DNA from: an uncultured Candidatus Saccharibacteria bacterium
Lineage (GTDB): Bacteria; Patescibacteriota; Minisyncoccia; Phycocordibacterales; CSBR16-119
NCBI GenBank assembly: GCA_964426385.1
Contig: CAYRQF010000002.1
Span: 73,037-123,816, forward strand
DNA: 50,780 nucleotides
Reading direction: 5' to 3'
The notes beneath the pieces were generated by a model, which had not been told where the DNA came from, ran no database searches, and saw nothing but the letters and a program-made list of their open reading frames with translations. Below are positions 35,020 to 43,750 of the stretch, piece by piece. A program made the position numbers and the translations under genes. Position 1 is the first letter of the stretch; each line of letters begins with the position of its first letter.

Positions 35020-35253
35020 ATGGGAATAAAAGACTTTTTTATGCGCAAAATGCTCTCTAGTCAGCTCAAGAAGAGCGGACTTCCTGAGGCACAACAGCAG
35101 AAAATAATAGAAGCTATGATGAAAAATCCTGGGCTTTTCGAGAAGATCGCCAAGGAAACCAAAGAACTCGAGAAACAAGGCAAAAACCAAGCCTTCGCAT
35201 CAATGGAGGTAATGAAGAAATATCAAAACGAACTTCGCGACCTAATGATGTAA
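35020..35253 (+). CDS. small helical protein, unknown function
   Basis: 77-aa Lys/Glu-rich ORF followed by a perfect 14-bp palindromic terminator. Confidence 0.45.
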   Translation: MGIKDFFMRKMLSSQLKKSGLPEAQQQKIIEAMMKNPGLFEKIAKETKELEKQGKNQAFASMEVMKKYQNELRDLMM

Positions 35254-35260
35254 AAACAAG

Positions 35261-35288
35261 GAAACCGATGCATTAATGCATCGGTTTC
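35261..35288. terminator. bidirectional hairpin
   Basis: gaaaccgatgcatt/aatgcatcggtttc perfect palindrome. Confidence 0.6.
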
Positions 35289-35312
35289 TCCTTTGAACGC
35301 TTGGCCTTACGG

Positions 35313-35489
35313 CTAGTTGTTCGTGTGAACATGGGCCACCCCAGCCCCTCGGATGTAGCGGTACGGTCCGACCACTTCGTTCTTGTATCCCAGCATGCTT
35401 CCGGGCAGCTGGGCCAGCAGTTCGCTGGCGGTCAGGAATCCTTTGCGACGACGGCGGCCTTCGAAATGACGGACTTTCAGCGTGTTCAT
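35313..35489 (-). CDS. small basic protein (58 aa), paralog of 38008..38136
   Basis: Hand translation: MNTLKVRHFEGRRRRKGFLTASELLAQLPGSMLGYKNEVVGPYRYIRGAGVAHVHTNN. It has its own promoter, and the track shows only an extended alternative-frame ORF here. Confidence 0.4.
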   Translation of the reverse strand: MNTLKVRHFEGRRRRKGFLTASELLAQLPGSMLGYKNEVVGPYRYIRGAGVAHVHTNN

Positions 35490-35509
35490 GGTGATAGGGG
35501 TTTGATATT

Positions 35510-35538
35510 ATACTACCACAGTATAATAGATTTGTCAA
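35510..35538 (-). promoter_or_regulatory. sigma70-type promoter (extended -10)
   Basis: On the minus strand: TTGACA (35538-35533), 17-nt spacer ending in TGG, TAGTAT (35515-35510). Confidence 0.45.
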
Positions 35539-35623
35539 TAGAGTTAAATTTCTATTAAATACCAAAATCTCGTTGTTTTCAAAGGCAAAAGCTGTTATAT
35601 TCTACGGGTAAAATAAATCATTT

Positions 35624-36724
35624 ATGGGACTATCTATCGGCATCGTCGGACTTCCGAACGTAGGGAAGTCGACACTATTTAATGCATTGACCAAAAAAGG
35701 CGTTCTCGCCGCTAATTACCCGTTCGCGACGATCGATCCGTCAGTCGGCATCGTTGCTGTGCCTGACGACAGACTCTGGAAGCTCTCGACATTTTCAAGT
35801 TCCAAAAAAACTATCCCCGCTGCGATCGAGTTCGTCGATATCGCCGGACTTGTCGAGGGCGCGTCCAAAGGGGAGGGGTTGGGGAACAAATTCCTTACAC
35901 ACATCCGTGACGTTGATGCGATTCTCCAGATGGTTCGAATATTTCCACTCGAAGAATCAGGTAACGGCATTATGCATGTTTATGGGAACATTGACCCACT
36001 TCGCGATATCAAAGTTATAAACCTCGAGCTTATCCTCTCGGACCTCGAAACTGTAACGAAAAGAATTGGTAATATTTCTCGTGATGCCAAGCGAGGGGAC
36101 AAGCCAGCCGTTGCTGAAGATGCTGTACTTCAGAAAGTCCGAGCAGTACTCGAAGAAGAAAAGATGGCGAACACTCTTGAGCTCGAGGAGGCTGAAGAGA
36201 AGATTCTGAAGGGTATGAATCTCCTCACAATGAAGAAAATGATTTTTGGACTTAATAAAAAGTCTGGTGTGAAGAATCTCGACGCTACCGATCCTGACAA
36301 ATTCGCCGAGCTCACGAAACATATCGAATCACAGGGTTATGAGTTCGTCATAATAGATGCGAAAACAGAAGACGAGCTCCGCGATATGACCGCTGAAGAG
36401 AAAACAGTATTTCGCGAAGGCGATGGTGATGGCATCAACGAACTTATTACCAAAAGTTACAAACTCTTAGGCCTGATGACGTACTTCACAACAGGCGAGG
36501 ACGAGACTCGCGCATGGACTGTTCGTGTCGGCTCAACTGCGCCACAAGCAGGTGCCGCTATTCATACGGACTTCCTGACGAAATTCATCCGCGCACAGGT
36601 TATCGGTTGGCAGGAACTACTCGACTCCGGATCGATGGGTAACGCTAGAAGCAAAGGACTCCTACGTACTGAAGGTAAAGAATACATAGTCAAAGACGGC
36701 GAGGTTATAGAATTTTTGGTGTAA
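35624..36724 (+). CDS. ychF: redox-regulated ATPase YchF
   Basis: IGIVGLPNVGKSTLFNALT G1 motif, and a C-terminal TGS-like region ending KDGEVIEF. Confidence 0.93.
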   Translation: MGLSIGIVGLPNVGKSTLFNALTKKGVLAANYPFATIDPSVGIVAVPDDRLWKLSTFSSSKKTIPAAIEFVDIAGLVEGASKGEGLGNKFLTHIRDVDAILQMVRIFPLEESGNGIMHVYGNIDPLRDIKVINLELILSDLETVTKRIGNISRDAKRGDKPAVAEDAVLQKVRAVLEEEKMANTLELEEAEEKILKGMNLLTMKKMIFGLNKKSGVKNLDATDPDKFAELTKHIESQGYEFVIIDAKTEDELRDMTAEEKTVFREGDGDGINELITKSYKLLGLMTYFTTGEDETRAWTVRVGSTAPQAGAAIHTDFLTKFIRAQVIGWQELLDSGSMGNARSKGLLRTEGKEYIVKDGEVIEFLV

Positions 36725-36726
36725 AA

Positions 36727-36760
36727 GAAAGGCCTCGTCGTGGTTGCGACGGGGCCTTCC
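36727..36760. terminator. bidirectional intrinsic terminator
   Basis: gaaaggcctcgtcg-tggtt-cgacggggccttcc. Confidence 0.6.
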
Positions 36761-36778
36761 GTATTGCTGCGCTTACTG

Positions 36779-37177
36779 CTATTGCAAAAGCTCCAGTTGT
36801 ACTCCCTTGGGTTGCGCTACCAGGCTACCTTGTAAGAACGACGGCTCATCATTGTATCCCCAAACGCTTTTGAAACCTTCACCGTGTTCCTTGTCCCAGA
36901 TCAAGGTGATCTTGGAATTTTCGTCGACGATGAATTCGGGAGATAGTGCGATGGGTGACACCTTCAGTTTATAGGTGTCGTTAGGGTAGTGTTGATTTGA
37001 GTATTCACCAATGGCCATCCAGTTTCCAGTGTAGAAGTAGGAGTCTTTCACAAGAGTAAAGTCCATTCCAGGTTGAAAGACTCTTCGTGTGTGTTCGACG
37101 TGTGTGTCGTCTGGCTCCGAACGGCTGCAGCTCGTGGCGAGTAGTCCAGCAATTGCAGCGAAAAGAATGTACTTCAT
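36779..37177 (-). CDS. putative lipoprotein, unknown function
   Basis: MKYILFAAIAGLLATSCS lipobox-like signal. It has its own TTGACA-16-TAAAAT promoter. Confidence 0.6.
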   Translation of the reverse strand: MKYILFAAIAGLLATSCSRSEPDDTHVEHTRRVFQPGMDFTLVKDSYFYTGNWMAIGEYSNQHYPNDTYKLKVSPIALSPEFIVDENSKITLIWDKEHGEGFKSVWGYNDEPSFLQGSLVAQPKGVQLELLQ

Positions 37178-37203
37178 GTGTTGCGGGGTTTGTTACGGGT
37201 ATT

Positions 37204-37231
37204 ATTTTACATTCGGGATTACCGTTGTCAA
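37204..37231 (-). promoter_or_regulatory. sigma70-type promoter
   Basis: On the minus strand: TTGACA (37231-37226), 16-nt spacer, TAAAAT (37209-37204). Confidence 0.45.
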
Positions 37232-37262
37232 ATTTATAAAATATATATTTTTTTGAAAAACG

Positions 37263-37294
37263 AAAAAGCCCCGGGGTCGCCGGGGCTTCTTTTC
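37263..37294 (-). terminator. intrinsic terminator
   Basis: aagccccgg-ggtcg-ccggggctt with flanking A/T runs. Confidence 0.65.
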
Positions 37295-37308
37295 AGCGGT
37301 GGTAGCAA

Positions 37309-37899
37309 TCACTCAATAATCGCCACAACCATGTTCTCAGGTCCTTGATCATGTTCAGCCGATGTGGTGAACCGCTCTCGGTAAAGTTCAATGCGTACAT
37401 TCGCTGGCGCCATGATAGTGAGATTCGGAAGTGGCCAGGGATTTTCTGAAACCAGGCGGGATAGTTCTGTATGCTTCGTCCCGCAACGTTCGAACCCATA
37501 GTCAGCATCGCTCCGGCGATCATTTCGTTTCTGTAGTTCAGCGATCGTCACCGATGACTTCATACTCTCCTCCAGTGTATTTGGAGGGAGAAGTTTCAGG
37601 ACACCATTCTCGTAGCTGTGATTCCACCCGCCGGGCCAACTCACCGCAAACGAAGGAAAGTTGCCGAGCTGTGCATCGTGGTACACCTCGAGCTCATAAG
37701 CACCATAGTCGAGCGTGTCATCGCGGGTGAAATCCACGAAGTACATGGTCCAGAGATTCTCTGCGAGGAGCCGGTGCTTCTCGGTAGTATCAACAGGGCT
37801 CGTTGTGATCCGCTTGCCGTAACTCGGCAGGTCAGGATTTGTCTGCGCACTGAGTGCGAGTGTAGTTGAAAGGGCGAGGGAAGTCAGCAGATACTTCAT
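37309..37899 (-). CDS. secreted protein, unknown function
   Basis: ATG 37899 gives the signal peptide MKYLLTSLALSTTLALSAQ. The track start 37947 adds 16 residues that do not look like a signal peptide. Confidence 0.6.
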   Translation of the reverse strand: MKYLLTSLALSTTLALSAQTNPDLPSYGKRITTSPVDTTEKHRLLAENLWTMYFVDFTRDDTLDYGAYELEVYHDAQLGNFPSFAVSWPGGWNHSYENGVLKLLPPNTLEESMKSSVTIAELQKRNDRRSDADYGFERCGTKHTELSRLVSENPWPLPNLTIMAPANVRIELYRERFTTSAEHDQGPENMVVAIIE

Positions 37900-37956
37900 G
37901 GTCGTTCGGTTTGTTTTTACCTTACTGATATATATGGATTCTGTCAATAAAAAAGT

Positions 37957-37990
37957 AGAACCGCGTCCCGAAATGGGAGGACGCGGTTCT
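37957..37990 (-). terminator. intrinsic terminator
   Basis: agaaccgcgtcc-loop-ggacgcggttct (12-bp stem). Confidence 0.65.
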
Positions 37991-38007
37991 TAAGTAGGGT
38001 GTGGGTG

Positions 38008-38136
38008 TTACTTGTTCCGGCTGGCGGTGAGGAAACGCCGCTTACTGCCGAAATTGCTGAAGCGGGAGATGACCAGACCGAAGTTCTTGGTCAGCGTTTT
38101 CCGCAAATGAGACTGTTCTTTCCTGTTTCGTTCCAT
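38008..38136 (-). CDS. small basic ORF (42 aa), shorter paralog of 35313..35489
   Basis: Hand translation: MERNRKEQSHLRKTLTKNFGLVISRFSNFGSKRRFLTASRNK. Near-consensus promoter, terminator downstream. It may be a truncated copy. Confidence 0.3.
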   Translation of the reverse strand: MERNRKEQSHLRKTLTKNFGLVISRFSNFGSKRRFLTASRNK

Positions 38137-38154
38137 GGTAAAGGGTTTAAGTAT

Positions 38155-38182
38155 ATTATACATATTATTAATAGTATGTCAA
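38155..38182 (-). promoter_or_regulatory. near-consensus sigma70 promoter
   Basis: On the minus strand: TTGACA (38182-38177), 16-nt spacer, TATAAT (38160-38155). Confidence 0.5.
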
Positions 38183-38250
38183 GTATTTTAACCCCCAAAA
38201 AACCTATGAGAAAGCTTTGAAAAAAGCCTTGTTTTTGCTAAAATCGTCCC

Positions 38251-38874
38251 ATGATTATCCAATATTTCGGCAAACAATTCTTCAAGATTTCTCAAGGAGA
38301 CTTCACTGTGGCGGTCAATCCTATCGGCAAAGATTCTAGTGATTTCAACAAAGCCAAGTTTGGCTCAAATGCAGTGCTTATAACCACGAATCACCCAGAC
38401 TATAACGGTATCGATAGTGCAACATTTGGCGAGAACACACCTTTTATTATCAACGGTCCTGGTGAATACGAGGTTGGTGACATGTATATCGAAGGTTTTG
38501 AGTCTAGAGGCACGATAGACGGCAAGGAGTACATCAATACTATATATCTATTCACTCTGGACGATATTCGTGTGGCATTCCTCGGGGCTCTCGGCAGTCG
38601 TGAATCCATATCGAAGAGTTTCATCGAGTCAGTGGATGAGCCTGACCTATTCTTCGTGCCTGTTGGAGGTAAGTCGACTATTGATGGCGCCACCGCGCAG
38701 AAGCTTGCGAACTCTTTCAATGCGAAGATGGTTATACCGATGGATTACGATGCGACGGCTCTCAAGGTTTTCCTCAAAGAGTCTGGCGCCGAAGGAACGA
38801 AGCCTATCGACAAGTTAACGATCAAGAAAAAGGATTTCGTCGGCAAGCAGGGCGAGGTTATTATCTTCGAGTAA
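38251..38874 (+). CDS. MBL-fold (UPF0173-like) metal-dependent hydrolase family protein, possibly degenerate
   Basis: MIIQYFGKQFFKI...VAVNPIG and the overall ~200-aa layout resemble the family. I do not see the canonical HxHxDH motif. Confidence 0.55.
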   Translation: MIIQYFGKQFFKISQGDFTVAVNPIGKDSSDFNKAKFGSNAVLITTNHPDYNGIDSATFGENTPFIINGPGEYEVGDMYIEGFESRGTIDGKEYINTIYLFTLDDIRVAFLGALGSRESISKSFIESVDEPDLFFVPVGGKSTIDGATAQKLANSFNAKMVIPMDYDATALKVFLKESGAEGTKPIDKLTIKKKDFVGKQGEVIIFE

Positions 38875-38885
38875 CGAATATTATT

Positions 38886-39179
38886 ATGAGTGAATGGCTC
38901 CAAAAAGCGCGAAGCGGGACTGACGGCACGAAGAATAAGATTGCTATTTTTGGAGCGGTTACGGTCACGGTTATAATAGTAATCATATGGTTACTGGTCA
39001 TAAAACAGAAGAATACCGACAGGGTGGTAAAAACCGAGTCTGCCCGCGAGGATTTACGGCCACTTTTTATGATTTTTAAATCAGCCAAGGATAATTTCTC
39101 TAACATAAAGACTGACATTCGGACCCAGAAAGCAGAAGTTATCGAAGCATCAACTACTGACGAAGCCGTGGTAGAATAA
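38886..39179 (+). CDS. single-pass membrane protein, unknown function
   Basis: 97 aa with one TM segment ([21 protein letters not shown]). Confidence 0.45.
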   Translation: MSEWLQKARSGTDGTKNKIAIFGAVTVTVIIVIIWLLVIKQKNTDRVVKTESAREDLRPLFMIFKSAKDNFSNIKTDIRTQKAEVIEASTTDEAVVE

Positions 39180-39184
39180 TCCCT

Positions 39185-41653
39185 ATGCCAAAGAATTCCA
39201 AAGATACAAATGAAATAGCCCCTACAGGATCTGACAAAATCATCTCTTCTAACATCGTGACTGAGATGAAGGATTCGTATCTAGCCTACGCCATGTCCGT
39301 CATCACTTCACGTGCTCTGCCAGATGTTCGTGATGGGCTGAAACCTGTTCATCGACGTATTCTATACGCCATGCACCGCCTCGGGATCACTTCCCAGGCC
39401 AAGTTTGTGAAGTCTGCACGTATCGTCGGAGAAGTCATCGGTAAGTATCACCCTCATGGAGACACATCTGTTTATGATGCGATGGTTAACACCGCGCAGA
39501 CATTCTCTTTCCGATACCCCCTAGTTCTCGGGCAGGGTAACTTCGGTTCCGTTGACGGTGACTCAGCTGCTGCTATGCGATATACCGAGGCTAAAATGTC
39601 GAAAATATCGAGTGAACTCCTCCGAGATATCGAGAAGGACACAGTAGATTTCCGTCCTAACTATGATGATACGCTGAAGGAGCCGACAGTTCTTCCATCT
39701 GCTGTGCCATCACTACTTCTAAACGGTACCCTCGGTATCGCTGTCGGTATGGCGACGAACATTCCACCGCACAACCTGACGGAAGTCGTTGATGCCACAC
39801 TTCACCTGATCGACAATCCGAAAGCAACGACAGAGGACCTGACAGAGTTCGTCCAAGCACCAGACTTCCCAACCGGAGGAATAATTTATAACAAGAAAGA
39901 CTTGCTCGTCGCTTACTCAACAGGACGTGGCGGAGTCGTGACACGAGGAGAGGCAGAAGTCACTGAGACGAAACTTGGCCAATCGCAGATCATCATCAAG
40001 TCTCTGCCGTACCGCGTGGTGAAGTCGAACCTTGTCGAACAAATCGCCGACCTTGTACGTGAGAAGAAGATCATCGGTCTCAAGGACCTCCGCGATGAAT
40101 CCACAGATGAGATTCGTGTCGTAATCGAGCTCAAGAGTTCTGCGCATCCACAGAAAATCCTGAACTATCTATATAAACACACTCAGCTCGAACAGAATTT
40201 TAACTTCAACATGGTCGCTCTCGTTGATGGTGTACCACAGACCTTGTCGCTCAAGGACTTCCTCGTCGAATTCATCGCACATCGCGAAGTCGTTGTCACA
40301 CGCAGAGCCAAATTTGACCTCGACAAGGCTCTCGCTCGTGAGCACATCCTTCTTGGACTCAAAAAAGCCCTAGATCATATCGACGAGATCATCAAAGTCA
40401 TCCGCGCATCCAAAGATGTCGCTGAGGCCAAGATAAACCTTATGAAGAAATGGAAGTTCTCTGATCTCCAGGCGCAGGCTATTCTCGAGATGCGCCTACA
40501 GAAACTCGCAGGACTCGAGAGAAAAGCTATCGAAGACGAACTGAAGGAGAAACAGGCGCTTATCGCCGACCTCCGGGACCTACTCGCGAGCCCGAAAAGG
40601 ATTCTCAAAGTCATCGGCACTGAGCTCAAAGAGATCCGTGACAAACACGGCGACGAACGCCGTACCAAATTCGTCAAAGGTAACCTGAAGTCTATGTCCG
40701 ACGAAGACCTGATACCCGATACGGACTCCGTTCTCGTATTCACCGCAGGCGGATATGTGAAGCGCACTGACCCGAACGAATACAAGACTCAGAAGCGTGG
40801 TGGTGTCGGAGTCGTTGATCTAGAGACAAAGGAAGAGGATGTGGTTACGCACCTATTGAAAACGAGCACTCATAGCGACTTACTTTTCTTCACCAACAAG
40901 GGCAAGGCATATCAGCTCAAGATGCACGAGATCCCAGAAGGTCGTCGTGCTACCAAGGGTAAATCTGTCATGAACTTCATCCAGCTTTCTACTGATGAGA
41001 AAGTCACGTCGATCGTGGCTATGAGTAAGGACACGAAAGCCATGAGCCCGTTCTTACTTCTCGTTACAAAAAGGGGTGTGACCAAGAAAATGGCCGCCGA
41101 GAGTTTCAAAGACGTTCGCCGTTCGGGACTCATCGCCATCAAGCTCGATGCTGATGACGAACTTCACTCTGCTCAGTTTCTAGATAAAAGTCATGACGTC
41201 ATCATAGCAACACGTATGGGGCAGTCCATCCGATTCAAAGAGTCAGATGTGCGTGAGATGGGCCGAGGAGCTGGAGGTGTTCGAGGTATCAAGCTTATCA
41301 AGGCATCCGATGCTGTAGTGGGTGTCGGTATCGTCGGCAAAGAAACCAAAGATGTGACTTTTCTTGTCATCTCTGAGAATGGACTAGGTAAGCGTAGCCC
41401 TATGACTGAGTACAAGACTCAGGGTCGTGGTGGATCAGGCGTCAAAACTTTCAAGATCACTCCAAAAACAGGCAACGTCGTCGCAGCCGGAGTCGTGACC
41501 GAAGCTCAGTCAGAGATGATAGCTATGTCAAAGAAAGGGCAGGTCATCCGCGTTGAGATCGATGCCGTACCAGTCCAGTCTCGTTCGACCCAGGGCGTCA
41601 AGATCATGCGTCCTCGCGAAGGCGACTCGCTCGCATCTATTACTTTCCTATAA
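39185..41653 (+). CDS. gyrA: DNA gyrase subunit A
   Basis: [15 protein letters not shown] (catalytic Tyr) and C-terminal beta-pinwheel repeats. 822 aa. Confidence 0.95.
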   Translation: MPKNSKDTNEIAPTGSDKIISSNIVTEMKDSYLAYAMSVITSRALPDVRDGLKPVHRRILYAMHRLGITSQAKFVKSARIVGEVIGKYHPHGDTSVYDAMVNTAQTFSFRYPLVLGQGNFGSVDGDSAAAMRYTEAKMSKISSELLRDIEKDTVDFRPNYDDTLKEPTVLPSAVPSLLLNGTLGIAVGMATNIPPHNLTEVVDATLHLIDNPKATTEDLTEFVQAPDFPTGGIIYNKKDLLVAYSTGRGGVVTRGEAEVTETKLGQSQIIIKSLPYRVVKSNLVEQIADLVREKKIIGLKDLRDESTDEIRVVIELKSSAHPQKILNYLYKHTQLEQNFNFNMVALVDGVPQTLSLKDFLVEFIAHREVVVTRRAKFDLDKALAREHILLGLKKALDHIDEIIKVIRASKDVAEAKINLMKKWKFSDLQAQAILEMRLQKLAGLERKAIEDELKEKQALIADLRDLLASPKRILKVIGTELKEIRDKHGDERRTKFVKGNLKSMSDEDLIPDTDSVLVFTAGGYVKRTDPNEYKTQKRGGVGVVDLETKEEDVVTHLLKTSTHSDLLFFTNKGKAYQLKMHEIPEGRRATKGKSVMNFIQLSTDEKVTSIVAMSKDTKAMSPFLLLVTKRGVTKKMAAESFKDVRRSGLIAIKLDADDELHSAQFLDKSHDVIIATRMGQSIRFKESDVREMGRGAGGVRGIKLIKASDAVVGVGIVGKETKDVTFLVISENGLGKRSPMTEYKTQGRGGSGVKTFKITPKTGNVVAAGVVTEAQSEMIAMSKKGQVIRVEIDAVPVQSRSTQGVKIMRPREGDSLASITFL

Positions 41654-41656
41654 GAG

Positions 41657-41790
41657 GACTCCGCAGAAGCGTCATTTGAAAAGACCGGAATAACCCGCCA
41701 TTCAAAAGGCGGGTTTTCCTCTGTCTCGACCTTTTTGTAAACAAAAGGTCTGCGGCAAGCCTTTTCAAACGACACTTTTGACTCCGTAGA
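41657..41790. repeat. structured ~112-nt insert flanked by an 11-bp direct repeat
   Basis: GACTCCGCAGA (41657-41667) and GACTCCGTAGA (41780-41790) flank an outer stem gtcatttgaaaag/cttttcaaacgac. That stem encloses two hairpins: aacccgcc..ggcgggtt plus a T-run at 41692-41718, and gacctttt..aaaaggtc. Confidence 0.4.
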
Positions 41791-41844
41791 GAGTTTTTTT
41801 CTTAAATCCTAATTCCTAAATCTTAAATCTGATATAATATTTAT

Positions 41845-42375
41845 ATGATTGATCCCAAAGACAACATCAAACAATTCGGCATCCAAGAAGGCTGGCATGT
41901 TGCTGATCTCGGTGTCGGATATGGACACTATGCTTACGCACTTTCGGCGGCTGTAGGTCCAGATGGCAAAGTTTTTGCCATAGATATCCAAAAAGACATG
42001 CTGGAAAGGCTGAAGAAGGAGGTGGAAGAGAAACATATCAAAAATATCGAGGTTATATGGGGCGATGTTGAAATCGTCGGCGGTACGAAGCTTCGCGTTG
42101 ATTCTCTCGATGCCCTCGTCATATCGAACGTTTTGTTCCAGATAGACTCCAAGGCTGGCATGGTGCATGAGGCGTCACGTGTACTCAAAACTGGCGGTAA
42201 AATTCTCCTCGTAGACTGGTCAGAATCTTTTGGTGGTCTTGGTCCGCAACCGGGAATGGTTGTTGACGAAGCTACCGCTCGACGCATCTTTGAGACGGGA
42301 CCTTTCGAGTACAAGAAGTCTATCGATGCTGGAGAACATCACTATGGAATGGTATTCGAGAAGAAAACTTCATAG
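41845..42375 (+). CDS. class I SAM-dependent methyltransferase
   Basis: Motif I VADLGVGYGHY, and post-I/II LKTGGKILLVDW. Confidence 0.8.
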   Translation: MIDPKDNIKQFGIQEGWHVADLGVGYGHYAYALSAAVGPDGKVFAIDIQKDMLERLKKEVEEKHIKNIEVIWGDVEIVGGTKLRVDSLDALVISNVLFQIDSKAGMVHEASRVLKTGGKILLVDWSESFGGLGPQPGMVVDEATARRIFETGPFEYKKSIDAGEHHYGMVFEKKTS

Positions 42376-42439
42376 CAATTCACAAAATTCACAATATAAT
42401 TTAGTTATTTCTCCGCTTATATCTTACAATTAGGGGAGT

Positions 42440-43750
42440 ATGAAAGGTTTTCAGGTAGGTGTTTTAATATTTTTCGGAGTATTCGTATTCCTGGGTGTTT
42501 TGATATTCTCAGGAGCGATAAACGTCGGTGGCAAGAAGGATGCCGCCGTAGCGGCTGTTGATCGTTCTATTGTCTTGTGGGGGATTGTTCCAGAATCGAG
42601 ACTCGAGAGTTCGATAAGCTTTCTCAACAAGAAAAATCCAGGTAGTCCTATAAAATACGTAGAAAAGGATGTACGAACTTATGAGCAGGAGCTTCTAGAA
42701 GCCTTCGCGTTCGGAGGATTGCCGGACATGTTCCTCATGTCCCAAGACCTCATTTTTACCTATGAGGATAAGATCATTAACATACCATTTACGTATTTCC
42801 CAGAAGCAACATTTGATGAGACCTATGTTAGGTCTGCGGAATTGTTCAAGCGACCAGAAGGCTTCCTCGGCTTTCCGATATTTTCCGATCCATTGGTCAT
42901 GTATTACAACCAGGATATCCTCGAAACCGCCGGTTTTACCGCACCACCGAAGTATTGGAGTGACCTCTTTACTTACGTACCAAAACTCACAACTAAAAAT
43001 GAAGCTCTAGAGATATCAGTTTCAGGAGTTGCCATGGGCGAGTTCACAAACATAAAGAATGCCAAGGAGATATTTATGGCACTCATGCTCCAGCTTAACA
43101 ACAGCGTCATTGCTCGAGACAGTACAAGGGGTATGTATGTCCCTATATTAAACCAGGGATCCACTGTCTCTGCACAGCCAGCTATCCAGTCACTACGATT
43201 TTACACGGAGTTTTCTGATCCACTGAAGACCGTTTACTCATGGAACAAATCGATGAAAAACTCTCTAGACGCATTTATTGCTGGTGAGCTCGCTATATAT
43301 TTCGGTCCAGTCAGTGAGTTTAGAAATATCTCAAGTAAGAACCCAAATCTAAATTTCGATGTGACAACTATTCCTCAGGTAAAAGAGCTGAGTACGACTA
43401 TTACATATGCTGACGTTTATGCTCTAGCCATACCTCGGGTATCACCTAAAGCACAGTTGGCGCTATCTGTTTCAGCTCAGCTTGCAAATGGTGCAGATAC
43501 TGCCACGATAATATCAGCGAGCGGATTCGCACCCATTAGACGTGATCTTATCGCAGCTCCAAACCCGACCAAATTTAACAAAGTTTTTAACAGTGCAGCG
43601 CTCAATTCTAGATCATGGATGGATCCTAACGATCTGAAGACACAGGAAACTTTTATGAATATGTTTGAGAACATCTCCTCTGGTCTAGACACTCCAGAGG
43701 ATGCTGTAAAGCGTGCCGAAAGAGAACTAAGGTTATTGCTCATCAAATGA
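42440..43750 (+). CDS. membrane-anchored extracellular solute-binding-protein-like protein (family 1), orphan
   Basis: N-terminal TM segment. PDMFLMSQD and DPLVMYYNQDILETAGFTAPPKYWSDL match the MalE-like SBP pattern. No ABC permease or ATPase is adjacent. The stop overlaps the first pilin start (ATGA). Confidence 0.65.
   Translation: MKGFQVGVLIFFGVFVFLGVLIFSGAINVGGKKDAAVAAVDRSIVLWGIVPESRLESSISFLNKKNPGSPIKYVEKDVRTYEQELLEAFAFGGLPDMFLMSQDLIFTYEDKIINIPFTYFPEATFDETYVRSAELFKRPEGFLGFPIFSDPLVMYYNQDILETAGFTAPPKYWSDLFTYVPKLTTKNEALEISVSGVAMGEFTNIKNAKEIFMALMLQLNNSVIARDSTRGMYVPILNQGSTVSAQPAIQSLRFYTEFSDPLKTVYSWNKSMKNSLDAFIAGELAIYFGPVSEFRNISSKNPNLNFDVTTIPQVKELSTTITYADVYALAIPRVSPKAQLALSVSAQLANGADTATIISASGFAPIRRDLIAAPNPTKFNKVFNSAALNSRSWMDPNDLKTQETFMNMFENISSGLDTPEDAVKRAERELRLLLIK

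Noticed and set aside
42121-42140. GAAC-gtttt-GTTC inside the methyltransferase gene as a second LexA box
   Set aside because: The spacer is 5 nt, not 4. It lies in the middle of a coding region and no promoter is nearby.
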